Shown here in pieces: positions 1 through 8,598 of a stretch of 64,000 nt of DNA. The number at the start of each line of letters is the position of its first letter. Within the stretch, counting starts at the first letter, position 1. The notes beneath the pieces were generated by a model. That model searched no databases. It saw only the letters and a program-made list of their open reading frames with translations, and had not been told where the DNA came from. The position numbers were made by a program, and so were the translations under genes. Source of the stretch: a virus; the IMG/VR virus record IMGVR_UViG_3300036770_005504, positions 1-64,000 of that record. One strand, written 5' to 3'.

Positions 1-210
1 AATATAAACTTGAGCACCTGCTGATTGAAATGCAGCATAGTTGTCGGCAGCATCTTCGATTTCAGTAGGGCAGTTAAAGGTAAATGCTGCTGGCATGAAA
101 ATAAACACACTCCATTGGCCAAGAACTGATTTGCTAGTTACGGTTACAAATTCGCCATTGTGAAAAGCAGTGGTAGAGAATTCGGGGATAGGTTGATTGA
201 TGATTGTCAT
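1..210 (-). CDS. ahpC: Peroxiredoxin / alkyl hydroperoxide reductase C (runs off the window start; not in ORF track)
   Basis: Manual translation from ATG at 210: MTIINQPIPEFSTTAFHNGEFVTV...WSVFIFMPAAFTFNCPTEIEDAADNY, with the peroxidatic-Cys motif FTFxCPTE; AAGGA RBS upstream. Confidence 0.92.
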   Translation of the reverse strand, partial: MTIINQPIPEFSTTAFHNGEFVTVTSKSVLGQWSVFIFMPAAFTFNCPTEIEDAADNYAAFQSAGAQVYI

Positions 211-273
211 AATTATTCCTTTATATTGTTTGACATTGTTTATTGTATAACATACATCTTGATAGAACAAGAC

Positions 274-801
274 TTATTGAGTATTATCGTTGATTTGTTG
301 AACATCAATACCACACCGATGTAAAAAATCAATGCCATCATTGTTGCGATATTGATTGCGATAATAAACAGATTTAATACCAGCTTGAAAAATTCCCTTG
401 GCACATTCCAAACAAGGAGAATGGGTAATAAACATTGTGGCTGCTTCACCTGATTCGTTACTGCGAGCCAATTTCATTAAGGCATTCATTTCGGCATGCA
501 ATACTTCTGGACGAGTTTTTAGCCTATAGCGACCACGCTCATCCTCAAGTGGATATTCGTCTTCTGTGCCGGGAAAGTAATTACCGTTGAAATCTCTCTC
601 AATGCAATAATCTCGATATTCACAATTGTTGTCCCACCCGGTGGGTGTGCCATTAAACCCAATACTGATTATTCGATCTTGTTTAACTACAATAGCGCCA
701 ACTTTGAGTCGTTGTGCTGGACTTAATTGTGCAAATTGTTGAGCCACATTGAGATAAACTGTAATAAATTTATCTTTCACGAGTTGATCTCCAATCAACA
801 C
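274..801 (-). CDS. dCMP deaminase (start may be GTG at 780)
   Basis: VGAIVVK..IISIGFNGTP, HAEMNA and SPCLEC zinc-deaminase motifs. Confidence 0.92.
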   Translation of the reverse strand: MLIGDQLVKDKFITVYLNVAQQFAQLSPAQRLKVGAIVVKQDRIISIGFNGTPTGWDNNCEYRDYCIERDFNGNYFPGTEDEYPLEDERGRYRLKTRPEVLHAEMNALMKLARSNESGEAATMFITHSPCLECAKGIFQAGIKSVYYRNQYRNNDGIDFLHRCGIDVQQINDNTQ

Positions 802-958
802 GACCCAACTGATCGATTCGTGCTATACTTTCCAGTCGTTGGATTTCAATGTAGTCTTTACGTTCGAATATAATTTGACCACCTCGCTCCAACAGTAGAC
901 TTACTGTATTTTTTGTTTGATCAGTGAGAGGTTGAAATTTTTTAAAATTCATGATCAC
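770..958 (-). CDS. Hypothetical protein
   Basis: ORF tightly packed in the minus-strand run. Confidence 0.6.
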   Translation of the reverse strand: MIMNFKKFQPLTDQTKNTVSLLLERGGQIIFERKDYIEIQRLESIARIDQLGRVDWRSTRER

Positions 959-1235
959 TCCATCGTAATTTAAACCATTCTAATTGTTGGTCGGTTATCA
1001 ATATACGGAATTTCTCGATTGAGAAACACCAATTTGGATTTCGTTGTTCAGGAGGTAGTCTGGTCCAAACTACATAGTCGTTGCTTCCGCCCCATGTATC
1101 CCAACACCAATGTAAACAGCGATCAAAATTTGATTCTAGATTTGATTTCCATTTAAAAAATTCCACATGATATGTGAAATTGGGAAATCCTGTAAATCTC
1201 AAATCTAGTTTTTTAATTTTGTATGATTTTGTCAT
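942..1235 (-). CDS. Hypothetical protein (Trp-rich, ends WFKLRW)
   Basis: ORF, operon packing. Confidence 0.65.
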   Translation of the reverse strand: MTKSYKIKKLDLRFTGFPNFTYHVEFFKWKSNLESNFDRCLHWCWDTWGGSNDYVVWTRLPPEQRNPNWCFSIEKFRILITDQQLEWFKLRWSDHEF

Positions 1236-1249
1236 AGTATTGATAGAAA

Positions 1250-1325
1250 TGGCCCGCCCGCCAGGATTCGAACCTGGAATAGAGGTTTAGAAGACCTCTG
1301 TGATCATCCCTTTCACCACGGGCAG
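1250..1325 (-). tRNA. tRNA-Arg(UCU)
   Basis: Cloverleaf: CTGCCCG/CGGGCGG acceptor, GAGGT-CTTCTAA-ACCTC anticodon arm, GGTTCGAATCC T arm, encoded CCA. Confidence 0.93.
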
Positions 1326-1347
1326 TTTAATAAATTAATTATACAGG

Positions 1348-1653
1348 TTATCTGCAGACTTGTCTATAGTAGGCCAATCTGCCAAATTGATCGTAATAGG
1401 GAACATGACGGCAAACTGGTGGACGATAATAGACAGCAGGCGGTGGGTCTGGATAGACATAAACAGTTTGCGGAGGTTGAACTATTGCAGGTGGCTGTGC
1501 TGGTTGTGATTCGTTGTTTTGCATTATACGGCCCAGCAGCCAAGCACCGGCGAGTCCTTGTAATACACCTTGTTCGCGTTCGCCCCAGGCTTGCGCAGTG
1601 GTCATGACCAAAGAAATAGACAGACCGACGAGTGCTTTATAGAAACTTTTCAT
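1348..1653 (-). CDS. Secreted proline-rich hypothetical protein
   Basis: Signal-peptide-like N-terminus ending AQA, Pro-rich middle; TAAATA 5 nt before ATG. Confidence 0.7.
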   Translation of the reverse strand: MKSFYKALVGLSISLVMTTAQAWGEREQGVLQGLAGAWLLGRIMQNNESQPAQPPAIVQPPQTVYVYPDPPPAVYYRPPVCRHVPYYDQFGRLAYYRQVCR

Positions 1654-1703
1654 AATGATATTTATGTTGATTGGGTTTTTTATCTTGAATAGACAACAAT
1701 TTT

Positions 1704-1777
1704 TGGTAGGGGTACCAGGAATCGAACCTAGACAAGCGGAATCAAAATCCGATGTGCTGCCATTGCACCATACCCCA
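1704..1777 (-). tRNA. tRNA-Gln(UUG)
   Basis: TGGGGTA acceptor, anticodon loop TTTTGAT, GGTTCGATTCC, encoded CCA. Confidence 0.92.
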
Positions 1778-1786
1778 TCTAATCTT

Positions 1787-1871
1787 TGGTGCGGATAGTC
1801 GGACTCGAACCGACAAGGCTTATGCCGAGGGATTTTAAATCCCTTATGTTTACCAATTTCATCATATCCGC
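1787..1871 (-). tRNA. tRNA-Leu(UAA)
   Basis: AGGGA-TTTAAAA-TCCCT anticodon arm, long variable arm, A73, CCA. Confidence 0.93.
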
Positions 1872-1883
1872 ATTTAGAAATTT

Positions 1884-2168
1884 TGGTGGCCCCACCTGGA
1901 CTCGAACCAGGAACCTAACGATTCAGATTTGTGTGACTTTCGCCACTCTCTGGACTATGCCTTCTCCATGTCATTTCTGATTTAGGAGGGTGCCGTCTAG
2001 TCTCTACACGTTCCAAAGTGATTTCTCACTGAGGCTTCGCTCGGCATTGCCTTATCATTTCTGACTTAGGTTTCACCGAATTTGACACCATTCACACAGC
2101 GTATTTCTACATCTGGTGCACGAATATTTACATGAGTCGTTTGCACTGACCAATTGTGCTATAGGGCC
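1884..2168 (-). tRNA. tRNA-Ile2(CAU, lysidine type), intron-split (exons 2168-2132 and 1923-1884)
   Basis: Spliced sequence GGCCCTATAGCACAATTGGTCAGTGCAAACGACTCAT|AATCGTTAGGTTCCTGGTTCGAGTCCAGGTGGGGCCACCA is a 77-nt cloverleaf with an Ile2-type GGCCC acceptor; tilS is adjacent. Confidence 0.9.
1924..2131 (-). ncRNA. Group I self-splicing intron (Azoarcus-like, IC3), 208 nt, no ORF
   Basis: Inserted after the anticodon U and ends in G; core segments ATGGTGTCAAATTCGG-GAAACCTAAG, GTGTAGAGACTAGACGGCACCC and GAAGGCATAGTCC-GAGTGGCGAAAGTCACAC. Confidence 0.92.
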
Positions 2169-2266
2169 ATATTTTTAAAGAACTTTTTCAATACAGTGCT
2201 TTATGCACTATCGTTACAACCTTGTCAAGAATTTTCTTGATGAAGATTATTTACTACAGTTTCAAC

Positions 2267-2295
2267 ATTCTATACTTATTTGCAGTTTCTGTCAA
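2267..2295 (-). promoter_or_regulatory. Sigma70-type promoter for the tRNA cluster
   Basis: TTGACA-17 nt-TAGAAT on the minus strand. Confidence 0.6.
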
Positions 2296-2303
2296 CAACT
2301 TTT

Positions 2304-2948
2304 TTACCTTTTTGATGATTGATTTTTTACTCTGTCTGAATTGCTTAATTGTCGTTCTACCACACGACGCACCACACGATCAATTCCTGGATTGATATGC
2401 CTGATGTGTGGCATGACTTGATGTCGAATATAATTGCGTTGATATTGTAGATCACTGTTGCTTTGATCTTCACACCAAGGAACATCGTGATGCTGACACC
2501 AACTTTGTAATTGTTGCTTTTTGGTCAGCAAAAATGGTCGAATGACATGATTTCTTTGTAATGGTATGGTTTTACTCAATCCATGCATACTACTCCATAC
2601 ATATGTTTCTACACAATCATCGAGATGGTGAGCAGTTACAATGGGCATGTCCAGACTATCAAAAAAATTATAACGCTCAATTCTCCAGTGCTCTTCTGGA
2701 CTACGCGAACTATCACGCTGGTTGTGCATATATCCGATTATCAATGGTATTTGATGTTGATTACAATAATCGGCCACAAAATTTGATGCCCTTTCACTGT
2801 CATTGGTTCCATGGTGAAAAAATACTGCAGTGACATCATGGTTACGCTTGAGAAAATCCAGTGCTGCCATACTGTCTACCCCTCCACTGACACCAATACC
2901 TAACTGTCGGGGCAATCGTTGTGCTAGTTTGATCACGTTTTTATCCAA
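2304..2948 (-). CDS. tilS: tRNA(Ile)-lysidine synthetase (short, catalytic domain only)
   Basis: VSGGVDS PP-loop, R..RY, TAHHLDDCVET, IRPFL, EDQSN..YQRNYIRH. Confidence 0.92.
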   Translation of the reverse strand: MDKNVIKLAQRLPRQLGIGVSGGVDSMAALDFLKRNHDVTAVFFHHGTNDSERASNFVADYCNQHQIPLIIGYMHNQRDSSRSPEEHWRIERYNFFDSLDMPIVTAHHLDDCVETYVWSSMHGLSKTIPLQRNHVIRPFLLTKKQQLQSWCQHHDVPWCEDQSNSDLQYQRNYIRHQVMPHIRHINPGIDRVVRRVVERQLSNSDRVKNQSSKR

Positions 2949-2995
2949 TTTGTGCGGTGCAATATAAATACATATGAGACTTCAACAAATACAAT

Positions 2996-3172
2996 ATGTT
3001 ACAATTTTTCAAAAATCTAACAAATAGATTACAGCAAAAAAGATTTTTTGTCAATGATTATTTTGCCAATATTGAGCAATATATAAAATCTCATAGGCCC
3101 AGCAATCATGCCGAAGTTGAAATGTTGATACGCAAATATGAAAGGAACAACATCAAATCATGGAAATACTAA
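2996..3172 (+). CDS. Small hypothetical protein, 58 aa (below ORF-track cutoff)
   Basis: MLQFFKNLTNRLQQ...IEQYIKSHRPSNHAEVEMLIRKYE..., downstream of TATAAATA at 2963-2970. Confidence 0.55.
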   Translation: MLQFFKNLTNRLQQKRFFVNDYFANIEQYIKSHRPSNHAEVEMLIRKYERNNIKSWKY

Positions 3173-3313
3173 ACCGTATATATCAAAAAATTATAGTTTT
3201 TTTTGAGATAGTAGCAGAAGCAAGAATTCGACACATTCAAGCCAATAACAGATACCGCGGTTATTATTGAAATAAACTTCATGGTCGAGGGTATCAAATA
3301 AATATTCTCGACC

Positions 3314-4234
3314 ATGAACAATACAATTGTCTGGAATGATGGATTAAACAATTATCGACACCATCAAATTTCTTTCCAAAATACACAGATACTTTATCAC
3401 TGTCATCTCGACGATGACCCAACCTCAACAAACAACCTAGATACTGCAATATCTCAAATACTAGAAACTTTTTGTAGTCAACCGATTGAACTATTGTATA
3501 GTGGTGGGCTAGACAGTGAATTATTATTGGTAAAGTTAAAAAAACTAAATTATCCAGTTCAAGCAATTACAATGAAATTGTATTGTCGTGGCTATCCTGT
3601 CAATACACATGATTTGTATTATAGTGAAAAATTTTGTCGACAGCATGATATTACACAAAAATTCATCGAACTAGACATTGAACAATTTTTCGAAAGCGGT
3701 CGTTATCTTGACTATCTGACCAAGTATTATATACAAGAACCACATGTGGCCACTCATTTTTGGATGTTTGAACAATGTGACAAATTTCCTGTGTTGGCTG
3801 GTGAATACACATGGCCCTGGGTGTCTGTACCAATTTTAAGTCCACATAGATTAGAATACAGTTGTTATGACCGTTATCTAGCTGACCATGGTATAACAGG
3901 AATTGGTAATTTTCTAAACTACAGTTATGATATTAATACTGCAATGATTTCTACTCACTGTGCTGTTTTTAAACAACACAATTTTATGTTAGATAATCGC
4001 AATTTACCTGTATTCAAAAAAAAATTCTACGATCAAATAAGTGATCATGATTTTGAAATACGTATGCGTAATTCAGGGTGGGAAAACCTGCCTAGATCTG
4101 TATTCAATAAAAATCGATATCGATTAGAATTAATACAACAATATCGACAAGTTGTTAAATCATCAATATCATGGTCAAAAAATCTAGCTGACATGTTAGG
4201 CGGAGAAATTTACTGTAATGATCGATACAACTAA
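3314..4234 (+). CDS. PP-loop (asparagine synthetase-like) ATP pyrophosphatase
   Basis: LLYSGGLDSE motif. Confidence 0.7.
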   Translation: MNNTIVWNDGLNNYRHHQISFQNTQILYHCHLDDDPTSTNNLDTAISQILETFCSQPIELLYSGGLDSELLLVKLKKLNYPVQAITMKLYCRGYPVNTHDLYYSEKFCRQHDITQKFIELDIEQFFESGRYLDYLTKYYIQEPHVATHFWMFEQCDKFPVLAGEYTWPWVSVPILSPHRLEYSCYDRYLADHGITGIGNFLNYSYDINTAMISTHCAVFKQHNFMLDNRNLPVFKKKFYDQISDHDFEIRMRNSGWENLPRSVFNKNRYRLELIQQYRQVVKSSISWSKNLADMLGGEIYCNDRYN

Positions 4235-4775
4235 TTTTAACTTTGACAGTTTTAGTCATGGCCAAATACTGAGTAAATTATGGTTATGCCAACAGTTGGA
4301 ACCACATCTTTTGAGTCAACAAAGTATTGCTGTTTTGGGTTGTTGGTATAATACCTTGGCATTGATGTTGAAAATACGTGGCAACAATCAATATATTGTG
4401 GGCTATGACCATGACCCACATGCTATTGCAATGGCCAACAGAATTTGTGATAGTTGGTGTCTTGATGGAACTGTCCGACATCAACAAGTAGATGTCAATG
4501 GCATCGATTTTGAACAATTCGATGTGATAATCAATACCAGCAGTGAACATATGAACGGTCATTGGTTTGATCGTGTCAACAGTGGCACATTGATCTGTAT
4601 ACAAAGCAGTGATATCACGGACCGCTCTCCCCCTTGGCTTGTGACTAATCCTGTGGAAGATTTCAATGATTTTGTCAATAAATACAGGTTGTCACAGACT
4701 TTATACACAGGAAAGAAATTTTTTGACTACGGTAAATTGACTTATCATAGATTTATGATCATCGGAATTAAATGA
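4218..4775 (+). CDS. SAM-dependent methyltransferase
   Basis: AVLGCWY, GYDHD and VIINTSSEHM Rossmann-type MTase motifs. Confidence 0.7.
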   Translation: MIDTTNFNFDSFSHGQILSKLWLCQQLEPHLLSQQSIAVLGCWYNTLALMLKIRGNNQYIVGYDHDPHAIAMANRICDSWCLDGTVRHQQVDVNGIDFEQFDVIINTSSEHMNGHWFDRVNSGTLICIQSSDITDRSPPWLVTNPVEDFNDFVNKYRLSQTLYTGKKFFDYGKLTYHRFMIIGIK

Positions 4776-5338
4776 AACCACTGTGGGAAATCCGTTGGCC
4801 TCGTTTTGAAGAATTTTTCGACACCAATCAACTGAATTTTGATGACCTGGATTTAAAATTTAACTATTTGGTATTATCTAATTTAGATCAGTTGATTTTT
4901 AAAAAATACCACAGATATCAAGATATTGATTGGGATCATATAATTTATTTTAAAAAATCAAATATGGCCGGGTCTATACATACTGACAATACCAAATTGA
5001 CATCCGATCGAACCATCTGGGGTATAAATTGGGTAATTGATGGTGATGGGCGAATGGATTTCTGGGACCAATCACAAGTAACCCCAGTGGGATTGACCAA
5101 TGGCAGTTTGAATAGAGAAAACTTTGGCATCGTAACTAAATTCATAGCCAATGACAAACCATCATCCAGTTTTATATTAAAACGTGATCATGTTTATTTG
5201 ATCAATGCCAGTCAACCACATCGAGCCATTGGGTTTAATCAGCGAAAAATATTCAGTCTCAGAGTAGATCCAATGACTTCTCATTGGTCTTGGGAATCGT
5301 TATTGAAAAAATTTCAACATAGAATGATACCACCGTGA
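4772..5338 (+). CDS. Cupin/2OG-Fe(II)-like protein
   Basis: IHTD, WGINWV, LINASQPH, SLR: HxD...H...R layout. Confidence 0.55.
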   Translation: MKPLWEIRWPRFEEFFDTNQLNFDDLDLKFNYLVLSNLDQLIFKKYHRYQDIDWDHIIYFKKSNMAGSIHTDNTKLTSDRTIWGINWVIDGDGRMDFWDQSQVTPVGLTNGSLNRENFGIVTKFIANDKPSSSFILKRDHVYLINASQPHRAIGFNQRKIFSLRVDPMTSHWSWESLLKKFQHRMIPP

Positions 5339-6079
5339 TTTTTTCCAACTATAGCTACCGCCAAAATAATCTCCCACAAAGTGTGCTTGGCCCAGTGGAT
5401 TTACTTTGTTGAATCTATTTTTGATTTGATTTCGATGCACAAGTTTAGAACTACGAGGCTTACTATTCATGAAACGACTGATAATGTCAACCACATCGAG
5501 ATCAAGCCGCCAATAGATATCAGTCCATAATTGTGCACGTGATGACATCGAGTTTTGCACAGATTGCCAATATGTCTCAAATGGATAATGCCAACACCAA
5601 GACGCTCGACTTCTTATAAAATCGATATTCTTAGGCCAAGTATCATTGGGATGTAAAAATACAAAATCATCATGATTAAGACCATTGGCATCAATAATAT
5701 CTCGAACTACATGCCAAGAATTATAATACCCATTGGTGGCATCTTGGTTATAAAATGTAAAATCTTTGCCAAAGTTTATGCCATCATAGTCAACTAAAAA
5801 TACCTTTAAGCCCGGGATCATTTGTTTAATAGCGATGGCATACAAACCCAATCCGCTGCCTATGTCCAATATTGAGTTAAAATTGTAATCTATCATGTCG
5901 GATGTAAAGGTCAAAATATGATGTAATTTTCGTTTGACCCAATTATCGAATCCATTGGGTTGATTTATCCAATACCAGTTGTTGCCGTTTTGTAGCAAAA
6001 AGTATTTTTTAAAGTCTTGAAAATTATTAATCATTAGACTAATTTTTTGACCCTGATAATCAAATGATAAATCGGTCAT
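5300..6079 (-). CDS. SAM-dependent methyltransferase
   Basis: ILDIGSGLG motif I, LVD; start taken at MTDLSF. Confidence 0.72.
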   Translation of the reverse strand: MTDLSFDYQGQKISLMINNFQDFKKYFLLQNGNNWYWINQPNGFDNWVKRKLHHILTFTSDMIDYNFNSILDIGSGLGLYAIAIKQMIPGLKVFLVDYDGINFGKDFTFYNQDATNGYYNSWHVVRDIIDANGLNHDDFVFLHPNDTWPKNIDFIRSRASWCWHYPFETYWQSVQNSMSSRAQLWTDIYWRLDLDVVDIISRFMNSKPRSSKLVHRNQIKNRFNKVNPLGQAHFVGDYFGGSYSWKKSRWYHSMLKFFQ

Positions 6080-6600
6080 GGCAGAATCTCGTCGAATACA
6101 ACAAAAACCCAATCTTGATCACTGTGATTTTCATAGGCATGAGGTAAACATAATGCAAAGTCTACTAGACTATTCTGATAGTCATTGGGATTGGCCACAA
6201 TTTGATTGTCTAATATCAATGTCACGGGAGATGGAATCTCTAAATAAATCTGATATCGACGAACGATGTTCATCTTTTTGGCATGAATTAAGTCGTTGTG
6301 TAGTCTAATTTTGCATTTGGGCAAAATTTTATGTATATAAGCTCGACCCAACAAACCACCATTTAATACATTATCAATGATATTCATAGTATTGGGGAAC
6401 AATTCTGGTCTAGTTGGTATCAATGGATTGGACCAATTCAGATGTATAGTCAATCCTTCATAAAGAGCTGTTAAATTTTTTTGATATGGCAGAACATGTT
6501 TAATCCACACACTGGAATCTATTTGTGCTAATTCTGTGCAGATATTATGTTGTTCTTCCTGTGTCAATGATCTAATTATTTCAGTTTGATTAGCTGGCAT
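6076..6600 (-). CDS. Aspartyl/asparaginyl beta-hydroxylase-like oxygenase
   Basis: ILPKCKIRLHND...PHAYENHSDQDW. Confidence 0.6.
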   Translation of the reverse strand: MPANQTEIIRSLTQEEQHNICTELAQIDSSVWIKHVLPYQKNLTALYEGLTIHLNWSNPLIPTRPELFPNTMNIIDNVLNGGLLGRAYIHKILPKCKIRLHNDLIHAKKMNIVRRYQIYLEIPSPVTLILDNQIVANPNDYQNSLVDFALCLPHAYENHSDQDWVFVVFDEILP

Positions 6601-7198
6601 GATGTTGAATTTCTTTAACTATGTCTTGCCAGTATAAATCGTCGGGCTGGCTAAATCGAATAGTTAACACATGTCGATAGTTTGAACTTTGTGTATTATC
6701 GAAATCGTGGTAGATGTCTGTATTAAACAGTATACATTGATCTTGTTCAAACACAGTTGATGTGGCTGGTTGATGATGTTGTTTTTGAAAATTTTCCAAT
6801 TCTCTACTGACACCATTGAGATCATTGAGTTTATACGATTCTTCCACATTGTTGTCATACCAACTGGTAATACAAAATTGGTCACGACAATCAATTATGT
6901 AATTTAATGCAGCTCTGATAGTTTGTCCGTCTTTGTGTGCTCGATAGTAGTGCCCGGGTGCAGTAGAAAATATACTGGCATAGGCTTTTAGCCCCTGTGT
7001 GACATACCGAAATGGAGAAAGTTTTAATAACAGTTCGCAATCGTGTTTGTTTATGCGTTGATGACGAAAATGCTGTGTACCACGGACAAACTCAAATTTT
7101 TCCTCGATCAAAATTTGACGAGCATATTCCACAATTGTTTTTTGTTCACTGTGTTCGATTATACAATAATAGGGAAATTTTGTTGACACTATTTTCAT
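6590..7198 (-). CDS. 2OG-Fe(II)/cupin-like oxygenase
   Basis: YRAHKDG...LFNTDIYH...LTIR; start placed at MKIVST, 5 nt after TAAATA. Confidence 0.6.
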   Translation of the reverse strand: MKIVSTKFPYYCIIEHSEQKTIVEYARQILIEEKFEFVRGTQHFRHQRINKHDCELLLKLSPFRYVTQGLKAYASIFSTAPGHYYRAHKDGQTIRAALNYIIDCRDQFCITSWYDNNVEESYKLNDLNGVSRELENFQKQHHQPATSTVFEQDQCILFNTDIYHDFDNTQSSNYRHVLTIRFSQPDDLYWQDIVKEIQHHAS

Positions 7199-7258
7199 CT
7201 GAATATTTAGCTTAAAAAATACCCATAAGCTAAATAGAACTATACAAGGAAAATTGTC

Positions 7259-7678
7259 ATGATTGGACTGATACTCAGAATTTCTATTATAGATCAATCT
7301 TCGATCGCTTGGCCTGGCCAATCAAAATTTCTCAAGAATGAGGCATACTATCTTGATCTGTTTGGGCAACAATTATTTGACAACATGAAAAATTATATTC
7401 AATCATTCCGTCAATTTAGTGTAGGTCATTTAATCAGTGCCACTGATTTCAAATCCGACAGCCAAGGAAATATTATTAGATGGCGATTGTTTTCCAGTCA
7501 AGAAGATTATGATTTATTTAATACACTGTCCAATGTTGAATTTGACAATCATAGAATTGCACTTTGTGACACCATGAACTTGTCAATTACTATCAAAGAA
7601 ATCACAGACCCCACAGTAATTGATCAAATTTTAGCAATCCCAGATCCCACATACGAAGATTATAACAGTTTTATCTAA
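7259..7678 (+). CDS. Hypothetical protein
   Basis: ORF with TAAATA (7231) and AAGGA RBS upstream. Confidence 0.7.
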   Translation: MIGLILRISIIDQSSIAWPGQSKFLKNEAYYLDLFGQQLFDNMKNYIQSFRQFSVGHLISATDFKSDSQGNIIRWRLFSSQEDYDLFNTLSNVEFDNHRIALCDTMNLSITIKEITDPTVIDQILAIPDPTYEDYNSFI

Positions 7679-8598
7679 TTCATTGGCAGAGTTCGGGATT
7701 TTAAATATTGACTAAAGCAAAGACGATTTTCTTTACCACCTCTGTTGTATTCAGGGTATTTAACAGTTGATAAACCGAATACCACAGTGGGGCTAGGGTC
7801 AACCTCTAGCTGTCGACAAAATTCGATTTGAGTGGATCGATATTGATTATAATTATAATCTGGACTGTAACCATTGATATATTCTAATCCCACTGCAGCC
7901 GACAATCGATTAGTATAATTGTTGCCATTATAGACAGATATTGGGTCGGACATTTTTTCAGCAGTTAATCTCATACCAATTCTAAGATGCCCGGCACCCG
8001 GAAATGCTTTACTAAGACTAAATGCAATTACTTGAATACAGGGGTGACTGAAATCAAATACCAAACCGCCGGCTAAATGTAAATAACTACAATCAATCAA
8101 CACTGGAATTTTTAATCTATTGCATTTCTCCAATATTTCTGTCATGTCAGGATGTGCACCGCCATTATTGGCAAATGGTAAACTTATGGCCACAACATCT
8201 GTGGGCAACAATTCTTGATCTTCGAGATAGGCAAACTCTTTAAAATATTGTTGATTGACAATAGACCAATACATGTATTCGCCGCGGAATGTTCTGAGTC
8301 GACGGTCACAATGTGAAAGACAAAACACATTAAAAGTTTCTGTAGTACCTTGTGTAAAATCACGGAACTGAAATCTGTCAATACCAATGATATCATTGTT
8401 GATTGTTTGTTGATTCCAATGCCAATATCTATCTAGAAACTTTTGATTTATGTCAACATCATTGAGGCAACCTGAATAAATCTGTTTAGTGATCATGTCA
8501 ATGACACGAGTCTCTAACTGTCGATCTGCCACGGGATATATACTGCCAAATGGCAGAGATTTCATGCTCAACAATTGATTCCAGTTTTTCTGACTCAT
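7675..8598 (-). CDS. PLP-dependent (fold type I) aminotransferase-like protein
   Basis: VLIDCSY and FSLSKAF..LRIG (PLP Lys motif). Confidence 0.7.
   Translation of the reverse strand: MSQKNWNQLLSMKSLPFGSIYPVADRQLETRVIDMITKQIYSGCLNDVDINQKFLDRYWHWNQQTINNDIIGIDRFQFRDFTQGTTETFNVFCLSHCDRRLRTFRGEYMYWSIVNQQYFKEFAYLEDQELLPTDVVAISLPFANNGGAHPDMTEILEKCNRLKIPVLIDCSYLHLAGGLVFDFSHPCIQVIAFSLSKAFPGAGHLRIGMRLTAEKMSDPISVYNGNNYTNRLSAAVGLEYINGYSPDYNYNQYRSTQIEFCRQLEVDPSPTVVFGLSTVKYPEYNRGGKENRLCFSQYLKSRTLPMN

Noticed and set aside
1786-1980. 64-aa plus-strand ORF
   Set aside because: Antisense to tRNA-Leu, tRNA-Ile and the intron; a shadow ORF
1924-2131. Intron-encoded homing endonuclease
   Set aside because: The intron is only 208 nt and fully accounted for by ribozyme helices
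1884-2168. Calling the CAU tRNA Met/fMet or two pseudo-tRNA fragments
   Set aside because: It has a GGCCC acceptor with a paired first base, lacks the GGG/CCC anticodon stem of initiators, sits next to tilS, and the insert has a full group I core
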